Source of the DNA: Candidatus Pacearchaeota archaeon
GTDB taxonomy: Archaea > Nanobdellota > Nanobdellia > Pacearchaeales > GW2011-AR1
Assembly (NCBI GenBank): GCA_017609885.1
Contig: JAFCDB010000001.1
Location: 6,732-70,731 of the forward strand
Direction: 5' to 3'
DNA length: 64,000 nt
A model generated the notes under the pieces. The model had not been told where the DNA came from. It did not search any database and saw nothing but the letters and a program-made list of their open reading frames with translations. Shown here in pieces: positions 36,341-46,620 of this stretch (its first letter is position 1; each line of letters begins with the position of its first letter). The translations under genes and the position numbers were made by a program.

Positions 36341-38632
36341 TTAATTTTCTTTTTTAATTTTGCACTCAGGATTAAAACAAAAAATCCAAGGTTTCTTTCT
36401 TTTTTTCAAAGACATCACCATTGGAAATTCGCATTCGCAGATTTTATCTGTTTTTTTAATAAAACAATTTGGCGGCAAACTATAAGTTGTTTTGCAATCA
36501 GGATAAGCATCACATGCAACAAAATACCTTTTAGATAATTTATTATATTTAATTACCAACTTTCCTTTTTTGCATTTAGGACAAATACAAAGTTCATTGT
36601 CTTTTTTTTCCTCTTCATACAATTTTTCTGTTGCTTTAACTAAATCATTTCCTATTTTTTCTCTGTTTTTATCAAAATGCTCGCCAACTTTATACAAAAC
36701 TTTTTTTGTATCATCCAAAATTTTTTCTTCTTCTTTAATATAATCTTTTGAATTTCTAATATTCTCCAGTTTCTGCTCGATTTCTTTTGTTAGATTCTCA
36801 TCAACAATAACTGGGCAATTTTCTTTTAAACTATCTATCAATGAAGTTCCTAAACTCGTCGCCTTAATGTTTTGTTCTTTAATATATCCTCGGTTATACA
36901 GAGTTTCTAAAATTGAAGACCTTGTTGCTTTTGTCCCAAGATTTTTTTTCTCAAGCAAAGAAATTATCGATGCAGGAGAGTATCTTTTAGGTGGCTGCGT
37001 CATTTTTTCTTCAGTTTTAACATCTTTAATCTCCACTTCTCCCTCCATATCTGGAATTTCCACCTCGTCAATTTTATGAGGATAAACTTTTATCCATCCT
37101 TTCTCATTGATAGAAGTTCCTTTTGCAGTAAATTTCAAACCCTCAACTAAAACATTGATTTTCTTATTGTCTAAAACAGCTTGGTCGCAAAAACAGCTTA
37201 CAAATCGTTTAACAATCAAATCGTAAATCTTTTCATCTTCCTCTTTCAAGTCATGAAATTCTCCAGTTGGATAAATTGATGGGTGTGCAGAATCTTTTTT
37301 CTTCCCTTCAATAGGCTCTTTCCTTGAAATATATTTTGCAAAACCAAATTTCTCACTTATTCGTTTTAATATTTTATCATAGCCAATTTCTTTTGGGATT
37401 TTCTGGCTGCTGGTTCGCGGATATGAAATTACCCCTGCCAAATACAGCCTCTGTGCAATTTGCAATGTTTTAGAAGGAATTATTTTATATAACTTATATG
37501 CCTCTGTCTGCAAATTTGTTAAGTTAAATGGAGCAGGAGGAGAAATTTTCCTCTGCGACTTTTCAGTTTTCGCTTCTCCTTTTTCTCCTTTTAGTTTTTT
37601 AAATTTCTCCAGTTCTTTTTTAGTTACAATATTTTTCACATGCTGAACTTTGATTAAATTTATCTCGTCACTGATATCTAAAAAAATTTGCCAGTATTTT
37701 TCTGATTTAAAATTTTCTATTTCGTGCTCTTTTTTAACAATTATATCTAATGTGGGCCCTTGTACTCTTCCAATTGACATCAGTTTGAATTTTCCGACGG
37801 AACTTATTGCATTCATCAAGGCTCTTGATAAATTTATCCCATAAATCCAATCTAAAAAATGTCTTGTTTCTCCGGCAATTCCCTGTTTCCAATCCAGATT
37901 TTTTGAACGATTTTCATAAGCGTCTTGAATTTCCTTAGCTGTCAGCGTCGAAAACTTCATTCTCTCAGCATCTTTTTGATTGCAAATATATCTAACAACA
38001 TTCACCCCAATAACTTCCCCTTCAATATCATAGTCAGTTGCAACAATAATTTCGGAAGCATTTTTGCAAAGTTTTACGATTACATCATAATACTTTTTTG
38101 TGAAGTCATTTTTTCTCACAAGATAATTCGGAGCCCATGCAATATCAAATGTCGGCCACTTATTTTTCGGGCGGATTTGTGCAACACTAAATAAATGCCC
38201 AACAGCACAAACTACTTGGATAAATTTTTTATCTCTTGTTAATTCATAATATGGAACTTTCTCCGAAGATCTTTTAACAGATTTTCCATCTGCAAGAGCA
38301 TCGGCAATTTTTTGCGCTGCCTGCGGTTTTTCAGTTATAATCAAAACAGGCCCGTCTTTTTTTAATTTTGCAGGACCAGGAATCTTGAAATTTTCATACC
38401 AGTTATTTTTTGTGATTTTTTTCTTAGTTATTTTTCTCTTTTTCTTAACAGTCTTTTTCTCAACTTTTTTCCCAACTTTCTCGATTTCTTCAATCTTTGG
38501 ACTTTCTTTAACAGGTACATTTACAGCTCTTTCAGCATCTTTCTCATCGATAGGAACGAAATTTTCTTTAATCTCTTTCTCACTATATCTTTTAACTAAA
38601 TCCTCGTTTTCCTTTTTCTTCATAATTGCCAT
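36341..38632 (-). CDS. topA: DNA topoisomerase I (type IA) with K-rich N-terminal extension and C-terminal zinc ribbons
   Basis: Toprim start VLIITEKPQAAQKIADAL; active-site region LAGVISYPRTSSQKIP (GxISYPRT-S); C4 ribbons CICPKCKKG...CDAYPDC and CECEF...CFNPEC; no helicase domain. Confidence 0.85.
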   Translation of the reverse strand: MAIMKKKENEDLVKRYSEKEIKENFVPIDEKDAERAVNVPVKESPKIEEIEKVGKKVEKKTVKKKRKITKKKITKNNWYENFKIPGPAKLKKDGPVLIITEKPQAAQKIADALADGKSVKRSSEKVPYYELTRDKKFIQVVCAVGHLFSVAQIRPKNKWPTFDIAWAPNYLVRKNDFTKKYYDVIVKLCKNASEIIVATDYDIEGEVIGVNVVRYICNQKDAERMKFSTLTAKEIQDAYENRSKNLDWKQGIAGETRHFLDWIYGINLSRALMNAISSVGKFKLMSIGRVQGPTLDIIVKKEHEIENFKSEKYWQIFLDISDEINLIKVQHVKNIVTKKELEKFKKLKGEKGEAKTEKSQRKISPPAPFNLTNLQTEAYKLYKIIPSKTLQIAQRLYLAGVISYPRTSSQKIPKEIGYDKILKRISEKFGFAKYISRKEPIEGKKKDSAHPSIYPTGEFHDLKEEDEKIYDLIVKRFVSCFCDQAVLDNKKINVLVEGLKFTAKGTSINEKGWIKVYPHKIDEVEIPDMEGEVEIKDVKTEEKMTQPPKRYSPASIISLLEKKNLGTKATRSSILETLYNRGYIKEQNIKATSLGTSLIDSLKENCPVIVDENLTKEIEQKLENIRNSKDYIKEEEKILDDTKKVLYKVGEHFDKNREKIGNDLVKATEKLYEEEKKDNELCICPKCKKGKLVIKYNKLSKRYFVACDAYPDCKTTYSLPPNCFIKKTDKICECEFPMVMSLKKRKKPWIFCFNPECKIKKEN

Positions 38633-38705
38633 TTTATTTTAGTAATTACAGATTATAAAAAGTTTTGGATGAAGAGGGTGCTGCCAAAAAATGATATAAG
38701 TTAAT

Positions 38706-39107
38706 TTAATTAAACAAATTACCGCAAACTATTTTTTTTCCTCGAATTTCCAAGAAGTTTACTTTAAATTTTTTTTCTTTGATTTTTTTCTTTAATTCTC
38801 TGTCCAAAGTTGCAACAAATAGATTTTCTTTATTTTTTAGATATGTTAGGATTCCTGCGTCAACGAGTTTTTTGTCGAATTTGACTTTTTCTATTTTGCT
38901 TCTCTTCAGAATTCCCAGGGAAATATCAGCTGCCTGCCTTTCTTTGATTTTAAGTTTCTTATTTTTTGCAAGTTTTTTTAATTCCTCAATTACTTGCTCT
39001 CCGACAAGCAGTTTGTAAGCTCCAAAAATTCTTTTTAAATTTCCAAATAAGTCAATCTTTTCTTTTACGCAAGTCACAATAAAATTCGTGTCAATTATTA
39101 TTTTCAT
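38706..39107 (-). CDS. PIN-domain protein
   Basis: MKIIIDTNFIV (first acidic residue), ...ATLDREL; 133 aa. Confidence 0.55.
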   Translation of the reverse strand: MKIIIDTNFIVTCVKEKIDLFGNLKRIFGAYKLLVGEQVIEELKKLAKNKKLKIKERQAADISLGILKRSKIEKVKFDKKLVDAGILTYLKNKENLFVATLDRELKKKIKEKKFKVNFLEIRGKKIVCGNLFN

Positions 39108-39157
39108 AAAAAGATTAGTATGCCAATGTTTAAATATCCTTTCTTCCTCAAAGTTTT

Positions 39158-39715
39158 ATGAAAGAGTGTGAACATATTATCCAAATTCTTGAGCAGGCGA
39201 AAGTTGCTGCGAAAAAAGAGGATTCCATCAAGCTGAAAGAGTTAAGTGATGAATCAATTCACTCAACAACTATTTATAATGACGAAGATAATGCGCTTGT
39301 CGCAGTAATAATTTATACTTTAAGTAAAATAGTTGAAAGAGGGAAAAGATACTACAAGGAAAATTATAAAAATTATTTAAATAAATATATAGAGATAATT
39401 GATGACGCGTTGAGGCACTTAAAAAAAGGCGACAACAAAAAATTTAGAAAGAATATAATTTCTATGATAAAAGCAAAAGGAATTTCAAATGACATAAAAA
39501 AACATTTGGAGGATCTCTTTAGAAAAGCAAAAATCAATAAAGCATCAAGAGTTTATGAACACGGAGTTTCAATGGAAAAAACTGCAAAGCTCCTTGGAAT
39601 TTCTCAGTGGGAGCTTGCAGAGTATACAGGACAAACAAGAATCTCTGAAATGAAGCAGGGAAAAACAATTGATGTAAAAGAAAGAATTAAATTAGCAATG
39701 GAGATATTTGGATGA
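39158..39715 (+). CDS. Hypothetical protein with C-terminal HTH
   Basis: 185 aa; MEKTAKLLGISQWELAEYTGQT helix-turn-helix-like. Confidence 0.35.
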   Translation: MKECEHIIQILEQAKVAAKKEDSIKLKELSDESIHSTTIYNDEDNALVAVIIYTLSKIVERGKRYYKENYKNYLNKYIEIIDDALRHLKKGDNKKFRKNIISMIKAKGISNDIKKHLEDLFRKAKINKASRVYEHGVSMEKTAKLLGISQWELAEYTGQTRISEMKQGKTIDVKERIKLAMEIFG

Positions 39716-39921
39716 AAGTAACAAAAAGCGAAAAAAGAAAATATGTTCTTAAAGAAAAGAAAGATTTTTTAATCCTATCTAAAATAAAAGAATTGGAAAA
39801 ATGTAAATTAAATAAGCAAGATGAAAAGATTGTTAAATTAATTAGAACACAATTAGAGGAGAATTGGAGGACTCCCTTAATTAAATTTCTTAATAAATTA
39901 TTGGTAAAATATGAAAAATGA
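39712..39921 (+). CDS. Small hypothetical protein, 4-nt overlap with the upstream gene
   Basis: 69-aa ORF. Confidence 0.25.
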   Translation: MKVTKSEKRKYVLKEKKDFLILSKIKELEKCKLNKQDEKIVKLIRTQLEENWRTPLIKFLNKLLVKYEK

Positions 39922-40018
39922 AAAAAAGTCACCTAATGGTATGGCATAAGGTCGTCGCAAATCTTAATATTTATAATAGCTTGAACTATTTAAATGTTTT
40001 TGATTTGGAGGTCCAAAA

Positions 40019-40699
40019 ATGAAAACCCAAAAAGCGATTGTCTTTGACACAGGAACTTTGATAACTTTTTCAATGAACTGTCTGCTGGATATTCTAAGAG
40101 ATTTGAAAAAACAATTTAATGGGAAATTTATAATTACGGATAATGTAAAATATGAAATGATAACTCGGCCGATGAATATAAAAAAGTATAAACTTGGTGC
40201 CTTGAGATTAAAAGCTTTGTATGATGAAAAAATTGTAGAAGGTCCGACTTGTTTTGGAATAAATCAGGATGAAATAAATAAACAAACAAAAGATTTTTTG
40301 AAATTGGCGAATTCTGTTTTTTACAAAGATAAAAATCCAATTCATCTCATTGATCAAGGAGAAGCGCAGTGTCTCGCACTTAGTTCAATCTTATCAGAAA
40401 AAGGAATTAAAAATGTTATTGCAATTGACGAGAGAACAACAAGAATGCTTTGCGAGAGACCTGAAAATTTGAGAAAATTAATGGAAAAAAAACTTCACAC
40501 AAAAATAATCTCAAAATCTATAGATAAAAAATTGAAAAAATTCAAATTTATTCGTTCAAGCGAACTTGTTTTTGTTGCCTATAAAAAAGGCCTTGTTAAA
40601 AAAGATGCAGAAATTTTAGATGCGATGTTGTATGGGGTGAAGTTCAAAGGGTGCGCGATTTCAGGAGATGAAATAAAAATCATGGAAAAGATTATGTAA
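40019..40699 (+). CDS. Hypothetical protein, PIN-like N-terminus
   Basis: 226 aa; IVFDTGTLI ... DQGEAQCLAL ... IAIDERTTRML spaced acidic residues. Confidence 0.3.
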   Translation: MKTQKAIVFDTGTLITFSMNCLLDILRDLKKQFNGKFIITDNVKYEMITRPMNIKKYKLGALRLKALYDEKIVEGPTCFGINQDEINKQTKDFLKLANSVFYKDKNPIHLIDQGEAQCLALSSILSEKGIKNVIAIDERTTRMLCERPENLRKLMEKKLHTKIISKSIDKKLKKFKFIRSSELVFVAYKKGLVKKDAEILDAMLYGVKFKGCAISGDEIKIMEKIM

Positions 40700-40734
40700 G
40701 AAATATTTATAAATACAAGATTCCATTAAATAAC

Positions 40735-41565
40735 ATGAGAGGAAAGATAATAATCTCAATTTTTGTGCTGACAATGGCTTTGTCATTAGTGGTTGCGCAG
40801 GATTTGAAAGTGCATGTAAAAACTATGCCGACCCATGATGTTTATACATCTATTTTAACTCCAAGCGAGGGATTTAATTCAGTTCAAACATTAAAACAAT
40901 ATTCTGGATATGAGGGAATTGCAAATTTTGATTTCTCTTTTGAAAACACTTTGAATAAATTTGATGTTTATGTTGTTGTGAAGGAAGATGATTTAAGGGT
41001 AGCAATAAAGAGATTTGAAGACCAGCCAGCAGGAAAAGAACTTTATGTTGAAATCATGGACGAAGACACAGCTTTGATTAGCACAGAGGCGTTCGGGGGA
41101 ATGGGAGAAGAAATTGAAATGCTTGAAGGAAATGAAACAGTAGGGAATTTAACAGGCAATGAAACTGAACTTTTAAGTGATGAAGAAACTGAGGAGGCTG
41201 AAGAAGAGAGAGAAGGGCAGCCAATAACTGGATTGATAGTTTCAAACTTGAAAAATGCATTTTCTAAATTTAAGTATTATCTTTTGGGAATTATTGTTAT
41301 TGCAGGAATTCTTTTATTAGTTGTGTTTGGAAGAAATAAACTGACAAAGACAATTTCTTTTGAAAACAGTAAGCCACCAATAATTTTTGAGGGAAATAAA
41401 CTTAGAGATGCAGAAAGAAAATTAAAGGAAGCTCGTGCAGAATTAAAAGAAATGGAAGATGAAATTAACAAAGTGAAAAACAAAAAAGGACGAGTTGCTG
41501 AACTAAAAAGAAAGATGGCAGAAGAAGCAGAGGAGTTAAAAAGATTGGGCGGGGACAAGGATTGA
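40735..41565 (+). CDS. Secreted/membrane-anchored acidic protein with C-terminal TM and coiled-coil tail
   Basis: Signal peptide IISIFVLTMALSLVVA, E-rich region, TM YYLLGIIVIAGILLLVVF. Confidence 0.4.
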   Translation: MRGKIIISIFVLTMALSLVVAQDLKVHVKTMPTHDVYTSILTPSEGFNSVQTLKQYSGYEGIANFDFSFENTLNKFDVYVVVKEDDLRVAIKRFEDQPAGKELYVEIMDEDTALISTEAFGGMGEEIEMLEGNETVGNLTGNETELLSDEETEEAEEEREGQPITGLIVSNLKNAFSKFKYYLLGIIVIAGILLLVVFGRNKLTKTISFENSKPPIIFEGNKLRDAERKLKEARAELKEMEDEINKVKNKKGRVAELKRKMAEEAEELKRLGGDKD

Positions 41566-41609
41566 TTCTATAGTTATACTTATAAATACTGATATTTTAG
41601 AATTTTTAA

Positions 41610-41680
41610 GGGTCCATAGTTTAGTGGTAAAATGGCCGGCTCCAGCCCGGCAGCTGGGGGTTCGATTCCTCCTGGGCCCA
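41610..41680 (+). tRNA. tRNA-Trp (anticodon CCA)
   Basis: Hand-folded: acceptor GGGTCCA/TGGGCCC, anticodon stem GCCGG/CCGGC with loop CTCCAGC, T-arm GGGGG-TTCGATT-CCTCC, discriminator A. Confidence 0.7.
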
Positions 41681-41703
41681 TCAAACAATAAATTTTATAA
41701 AAA

Positions 41704-42270
41704 ATGCCACGAAACCAATTCCAATTTAGAAAACAAAATCAGCTAAAAAAATCAGATAAATCTCTCAAACAAAACTGGGATAAAAAAATAGTAGAACTCT
41801 GCAAAAAAATTAACAAGAGTGAAAATTATTATACAACTTCTTCATGTAGTGGAAGAGTTTTACTTTTGGTGAATTCGAGGGAGAAGCGCGACAATCTTTT
41901 TATAAAAGTTTGGCATGATAAAATTTCATTTGAGAAATTGAAAAAAAGTTTGGAAGAAATTAATTCAGAAGAATTAATTTATTTTAAGCAAGAACCGTGT
42001 ATTATGCATGTTGCTACTGAGAGTTTGGAAGATGCGCAGGAGATTCATGATTTAGGAAAGGAAGCAGGATGGAAGCGGTGCGGGATAATAGCGTCGAGAA
42101 ATAGGTTTGTTGTTGAATTAAATGCAACTGGAAAATTAGAATTTCCAATATTTTATAAAAAAATCTTAGTTAATGACAAATTTTTGAAAATTGTTGTTGA
42201 AGAAGCGAATAAAAAGTTGGAAGATTCGTGGAGTTGTATTGAGAAATTAACTAACACTCTTACCACTTAA
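41704..42270 (+). CDS. taw3: tRNA wybutosine/wyosine biosynthesis methyltransferase Taw3/TYW3
   Basis: TYW3 signature YYTTSSCSGRV; 188 aa. Confidence 0.7.
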   Translation: MPRNQFQFRKQNQLKKSDKSLKQNWDKKIVELCKKINKSENYYTTSSCSGRVLLLVNSREKRDNLFIKVWHDKISFEKLKKSLEEINSEELIYFKQEPCIMHVATESLEDAQEIHDLGKEAGWKRCGIIASRNRFVVELNATGKLEFPIFYKKILVNDKFLKIVVEEANKKLEDSWSCIEKLTNTLTT

Positions 42271-43287
42271 AATCTGGTCCCGCAAATAATGAATCTCCTC
42301 CCGAACTGATTCAGCATCTTCTTTCAACAAATTCTTAAATTCCTCAGGAGTTGCCTTAAACAGCCTCTCAAGATTTTTAAATTTCTTTACAATCTGCGAA
42401 ATAATTGCTTCATCTAAATTTAAATTTGACAAAAACCGATAACCCCGCGTAGAAATATTTTCTTCAACTGGTCCTCCAATCATTAATTTTGCCATTATTT
42501 CTCTATCAACTAAACTATCAAAATTAAATGTTTCAAGAAGAGCCCTGGATTTTTTCAACGGCAAACGGCTGTAGTCTCTCATCACCTCGTCCTGAGTTTT
42601 TTCAACGCCACGTATCAACTCTTTGTATCTAATATTCATAATTGTTCCAATATTTCCCAGCTCGGTAAAATATCTTTTTATCATCTCTGCGATTCGCAAA
42701 ATCATTTCAGATCTTTGCATAAGATTGCAAACATCGCTGATTGTCACAAGATTTGACATTTCTAAAATATCAAGTTTTTCTTTATATTCATTAAATAGTT
42801 CCCTTTGTTTTTCCAAAAGTTGCAAATTACTACTGACTTCTCCGAGAAGTTTTGTTGTATTTTTGAGAAAATATTTTGCGCTTCCAAGATAAAGAGTTGT
42901 TTTTATTTTTCTTTCTGAAACTGCAATGACAAAAGTGTTTGCTTGCTTTGCGATTCTTTCAGCTGCTCTGTGTCTTGTTCCTGTTTCAATTGAATCGATT
43001 GTATGGTCTGGATTAAGCACAATATTCGCATAGACGATTTTTTTTAAATCAGGTGAAACAACAACAGCGCCATCCATTTTGCAAAGTTCAAATAATTTGT
43101 TGGAGGTAAATTTGCAGTTAACTTTAAATCCTCCTTCGATTAAACTTTGAAGTTCGACACTATCAAAAACTATCAGCGCCCCCATGTTCGCATTCATCAA
43201 ATCATCTACCACAGTTCTCAGCGAATTTCCAGGCGAAACTTTCTTTAAATATTCTGTAAATTTTGATTCTTTTTCTGTCATGAGCAA
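42247..43287 (-). CDS. disA: DisA-like diadenylate cyclase (DAC domain N-terminal, helical linker, HhH-like C-terminus)
   Basis: DAC motifs GALIVFD, DGAVVVSPD, GTRHRAAERIAKQANTFVIAVSE; 346 aa. Confidence 0.7.
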   Translation of the reverse strand: MLMTEKESKFTEYLKKVSPGNSLRTVVDDLMNANMGALIVFDSVELQSLIEGGFKVNCKFTSNKLFELCKMDGAVVVSPDLKKIVYANIVLNPDHTIDSIETGTRHRAAERIAKQANTFVIAVSERKIKTTLYLGSAKYFLKNTTKLLGEVSSNLQLLEKQRELFNEYKEKLDILEMSNLVTISDVCNLMQRSEMILRIAEMIKRYFTELGNIGTIMNIRYKELIRGVEKTQDEVMRDYSRLPLKKSRALLETFNFDSLVDREIMAKLMIGGPVEENISTRGYRFLSNLNLDEAIISQIVKKFKNLERLFKATPEEFKNLLKEDAESVREEIHYLRDQILSGKSVS

Positions 43288-43494
43288 CTAAGAAATGCTT
43301 GGAGTTTAAATGTTTTTGGGTTGATGCTGGATATAATTTTATAAATCCCCTTCTTCACACATTTATATAAAACTAATCCAATTTAAATATTTGCTAGTTG
43401 AATAAAATGGTGGAAGAGATTAGAGAAGTTTTGGTGGAGAAGGGAATTGGAGATGAGAAAATTATTTATGAGAAGTATGGTTAGGGGAGGGGGA

Positions 43495-43775
43495 ATTTGC
43501 TCCCGAATTGGGCTTCGCCACAATTCTCTACGGGAAATACTGCTAATCTCTGGAACAATATTTATTACGATTTAGATTAACTTATTCAGATATATTTTAG
43601 AAAATCAAATCTGCAAATCTTTGAAGAATTTTATGAATTTACTTATTTCCCTAAAATTTTTTTCCTCCTAATCTCGCTCGCCTTGTTTCATCCTCTTTTC
43701 TCTCCTACTAGCGAAATTGCTCGCGAACCCCGAGACAAAAATTCTTCCCCTTCCCTCAAAAATTCATAGTGTTCT
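43495..43775. repeat. Intergenic repeat element, copy B (carries a ~60-nt insertion relative to copy A)
   Basis: See copy A; extra segment CCTCCTAATCTCGCTCGCC...ACTAGCGAAATTGCTCGCGAA is shared with the partial copy at 63902-64000. Confidence 0.5.
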
Positions 43776-43790
43776 AGAAACTCCTGTTAC

Positions 43791-45848
43791 CTAAACACGA
43801 AACTCATCCAGCTTTTTATATTCTTGATTCCTCTTCAAAAATCCATCAATAAATTTCTTATTATTACTTCTGTCAAGAAGTTTTTTAACTGAAAAAGTTT
43901 TTAATCCAAATTTCGCAACATAAGGTGCTAATTTTGCTTTCGATGTAACTTCCTTAGATGTAGATTCTCCAAGCAAAACACAGTTGTCAGCAATTTCTGA
44001 AATTTTCTTTGCATCTGAAAGTCCATTTCCAAGAGAAGTGAAAAGTAATTTGTTATTTTGTTTTTTTGCAACAATATCTCCCGAATTAATTCCGATTCCA
44101 AAATTTATTTTTTGGGTAAACCTTGAATTATGTTCTCTTAATTTGCCTGAAATCTCTTCTGCTAATTTTAATGTATTAAATGAGTTGTTGAAAGTTTTTG
44201 TTATGCTCGGCGTGAAAATTCCAACTATGTAGTTTTCTGTTTTATAGATTTTTCCGTTGTTTTCTGAAATTAAATTCACTGCGTTTTGCAAATCTTCTCC
44301 AGCATTTGATTTTGATTTTTTTATGTCGTCCATGTTTTTTATTTTCAGTGCGAGAATTGAAGATTTTTGCTTTTCACCGTCGATTACAAGAGAGTGGCTT
44401 GCATCTGTGTTTCCTAAAATTTCAGGTTTTGAAGTTTTAGTGTGAGGAGTTATTTTTACAACACCTCCCTCATAAGGCGACTTTTTTTTGAAATTAATTT
44501 TATTTTTTATTCTATTTTTAAAGTTTAATTTTTTTGAAAGTTTTTCAGGTAATATTGATTTTTTGTCTATAACCCTTTTTGATGCAACAAAAACAAAAAT
44601 TCCCAAAATTAAGATTACAAAAAGCCAGGCGAAAAATCCCTTGCTCATCATTTCTAAAGTTGATTTTTTTCCCTTGATTGAAATTGCGCTTCCGGTTAAT
44701 AATGCGCTTCCTTCAATTTCCTGGGTGTCGTCTTTGACTTTTATGTTATATTCTCCGTCAGGAGCTTTGAGTTCGAATTCTAATGATTTTCCAACAGATA
44801 TGTTGATGTCCTTTATTTCAGTGTGGTTTCCAATTGAAATTTCCACAAATTTATCATAGGGCACGTTTCCAATGTTTTTTATTGCGAGAGTGTCATTTAT
44901 CAATTCGAAGATTGCCTCTTTGTTTGACCCGACATAAATTTGCATTTGTTCTGTAATTTCTTTTGATTCTGCACTAAGATTTATATATCCCAAAGGGTTA
45001 TTTTTTTTAACTTTATAAATAGTTGACTCACCTGTTGTTGTTAAGATGTTGAATATTTCTTCTCCTTGAGAATTTGTTAAGATAAATAAAACCTGCTCGC
45101 CTTCGATAGTGTGTTCTGCCTGGTCATAAAGAATTGCTTTGATTTCCAAATCGCCCCCTGCTTTTACTTCCTCTAAACATGAAAGTTCTAAGCTCCTTGG
45201 CTTTTGCAAGATTGTAATTGTGAAATTTCTCAAGCCATTATTTGTTATTTCCTCTTCTTCTTTTTCATATGCAAAAACATTTAATGTATAAACTCCTGAT
45301 GCAAGATTTTCCGGCAGGATTAATTCTCCATTGAATTTGTTTTTTTCAATTGGTGTTATAATTTCTAATTCTGTTTTATCTAATGAAACTTCTGCAAATC
45401 CGGTTACAGTTTCTCTGTTTGGTTTGTTTGTCGTTCCTTCAAATTTAATTGTTGTGTTTGGCTCGAATTCCATTGTATTAAAAGTCATGTCAATGCCAAT
45501 ATCGTCTGCAATTTTAAAGTCCATGCTTTTTTTTGAGATTTCATTAAAAGTTAAAAGCAGATGGCAGTTGCCGCTCATTCCTCTTAAGAAATTCAGTGTT
45601 AGCGGAAAGACAAGTTCTTTTTTTGTGTCTTTTTCTCCAAAGTGGTTGAAAAACAAAAGTTTTGTTTGGTTGTTGCAGACTAAATCGAGATTTGCCCATC
45701 CTACTTCTCTGTCAGTTCCTATGGTTACTTTAAGTTCTTCGCCGAGAGTGTAAAGGTCGTTTGGCTGCTTTGACAAAAAAACTTCTGCGCTTGCCACAGA
45801 AATTAAAAAAATTGCAATTAGTCCAAATGTCACCAATCTTTTCATCAT
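43791..45848 (-). CDS. Large membrane protein: signal peptide, beta-rich extracellular region, single TM, cytoplasmic domain resembling a degenerate class-III nucleotidyl-cyclase fold
   Basis: 685 aa; TM GFFAWLFVILILGIFVFVA; cytoplasmic SILALKIKNMDD...KIYKTENYIVGIFTP...INFGIGINSGDIVAK...FTSLGNGLSDAKKI follows the CHD beta-alpha pattern (VLFADI..., IGDA.MAVFG, LRIGIHTGPVVAG, IGD.VN.ASRLE) but lacks the metal-binding Asp pair. Confidence 0.4.
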   Translation of the reverse strand: MMKRLVTFGLIAIFLISVASAEVFLSKQPNDLYTLGEELKVTIGTDREVGWANLDLVCNNQTKLLFFNHFGEKDTKKELVFPLTLNFLRGMSGNCHLLLTFNEISKKSMDFKIADDIGIDMTFNTMEFEPNTTIKFEGTTNKPNRETVTGFAEVSLDKTELEIITPIEKNKFNGELILPENLASGVYTLNVFAYEKEEEEITNNGLRNFTITILQKPRSLELSCLEEVKAGGDLEIKAILYDQAEHTIEGEQVLFILTNSQGEEIFNILTTTGESTIYKVKKNNPLGYINLSAESKEITEQMQIYVGSNKEAIFELINDTLAIKNIGNVPYDKFVEISIGNHTEIKDINISVGKSLEFELKAPDGEYNIKVKDDTQEIEGSALLTGSAISIKGKKSTLEMMSKGFFAWLFVILILGIFVFVASKRVIDKKSILPEKLSKKLNFKNRIKNKINFKKKSPYEGGVVKITPHTKTSKPEILGNTDASHSLVIDGEKQKSSILALKIKNMDDIKKSKSNAGEDLQNAVNLISENNGKIYKTENYIVGIFTPSITKTFNNSFNTLKLAEEISGKLREHNSRFTQKINFGIGINSGDIVAKKQNNKLLFTSLGNGLSDAKKISEIADNCVLLGESTSKEVTSKAKLAPYVAKFGLKTFSVKKLLDRSNNKKFIDGFLKRNQEYKKLDEFRV

Positions 45849-45893
45849 ATTATATAGAAAATATAGGGATATTTAAATCTTGTTGCAGGGCAG

Positions 45894-46619
45894 TTAAAGC
45901 CAGCCCATAACCATTGCCAGCCCAAGGGCAAGTAAAATAATTCCTGCGACCAAGTGCATTATCCTAATGTGCCGGTCTTTCCATTGCTGTGCGTTTTCAA
46001 CAGTTGTGTATCCAAAATAAATTAGGAAAGTAATTGCAAGCATTGGCAGGATAAAAATTAAATTGTAGATAAATAAGAAAGGGAAAACATCAAGGATGAT
46101 TTCAAGTTTTTGACTGATATTAAATGCCTGGCTGATTAAACTTCCAAAGATTAAATAAGGGCCTATTGTGCATGGAAGCAGGAAGAGCGTGACAAAAATT
46201 CCTGTTGTGAAAGCACCTTTTACCGAAGTAACTTTCGAAATTATTCTTTTGACTTTTGGACGCAGCATCAGAGGCATTTCAGTTCCGAAAGTTCCTGGGC
46301 TGTATATCAAATAATCTTTAATTCCAAGAAGTCCAAAGAAAATTGCCAAGAATCCAAATCCTTTGTAAAGGTAAGTTGAAATGCTTGTCAAGAGATTATT
46401 TAACCCGCTAAAAATAGTGATGATAATTGTGCCGTAAATTAGATACATGATGAAAACTGCTGAAACAAACGCCAGTCCTGCTTTGAAAACTTTGGATTTT
46501 TTATTGGGATTATAAATCATAATTGAAATTAAAATCATAAATAAAACCGCAAGTGCACATGGATTTACTGAATCTGCAATTGCAAGTCCAATAACTGCAG
46601 GCCAAGTTAGTTCTGTCAT
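45894..46619 (-). CDS. ccdA: Cytochrome-c-biogenesis/DsbD-type transmembrane thiol-disulfide electron transporter (CcdA family)
   Basis: AIADSVNPCALAVLFMIL first conserved Cys helix and later LLPCTIGPYL second Cys; 6+ TM. Confidence 0.7.
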   Translation of the reverse strand: MTELTWPAVIGLAIADSVNPCALAVLFMILISIMIYNPNKKSKVFKAGLAFVSAVFIMYLIYGTIIITIFSGLNNLLTSISTYLYKGFGFLAIFFGLLGIKDYLIYSPGTFGTEMPLMLRPKVKRIISKVTSVKGAFTTGIFVTLFLLPCTIGPYLIFGSLISQAFNISQKLEIILDVFPFLFIYNLIFILPMLAITFLIYFGYTTVENAQQWKDRHIRIMHLVAGIILLALGLAMVMGWL

Positions 46620-46620
46620 T

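Noticed and set aside
36341-38632. Reverse gyrase
   Set aside because: The protein has Toprim, the topo-IA catalytic domain and C-terminal zinc ribbons but no N-terminal helicase/ATPase motifs. It is ordinary topoisomerase IA (763 aa) with a K-rich N-terminal extension.
38385-38642. 85-aa F/S-rich plus-strand ORF
   Set aside because: Antisense to the lysine-rich N-terminus of topA.
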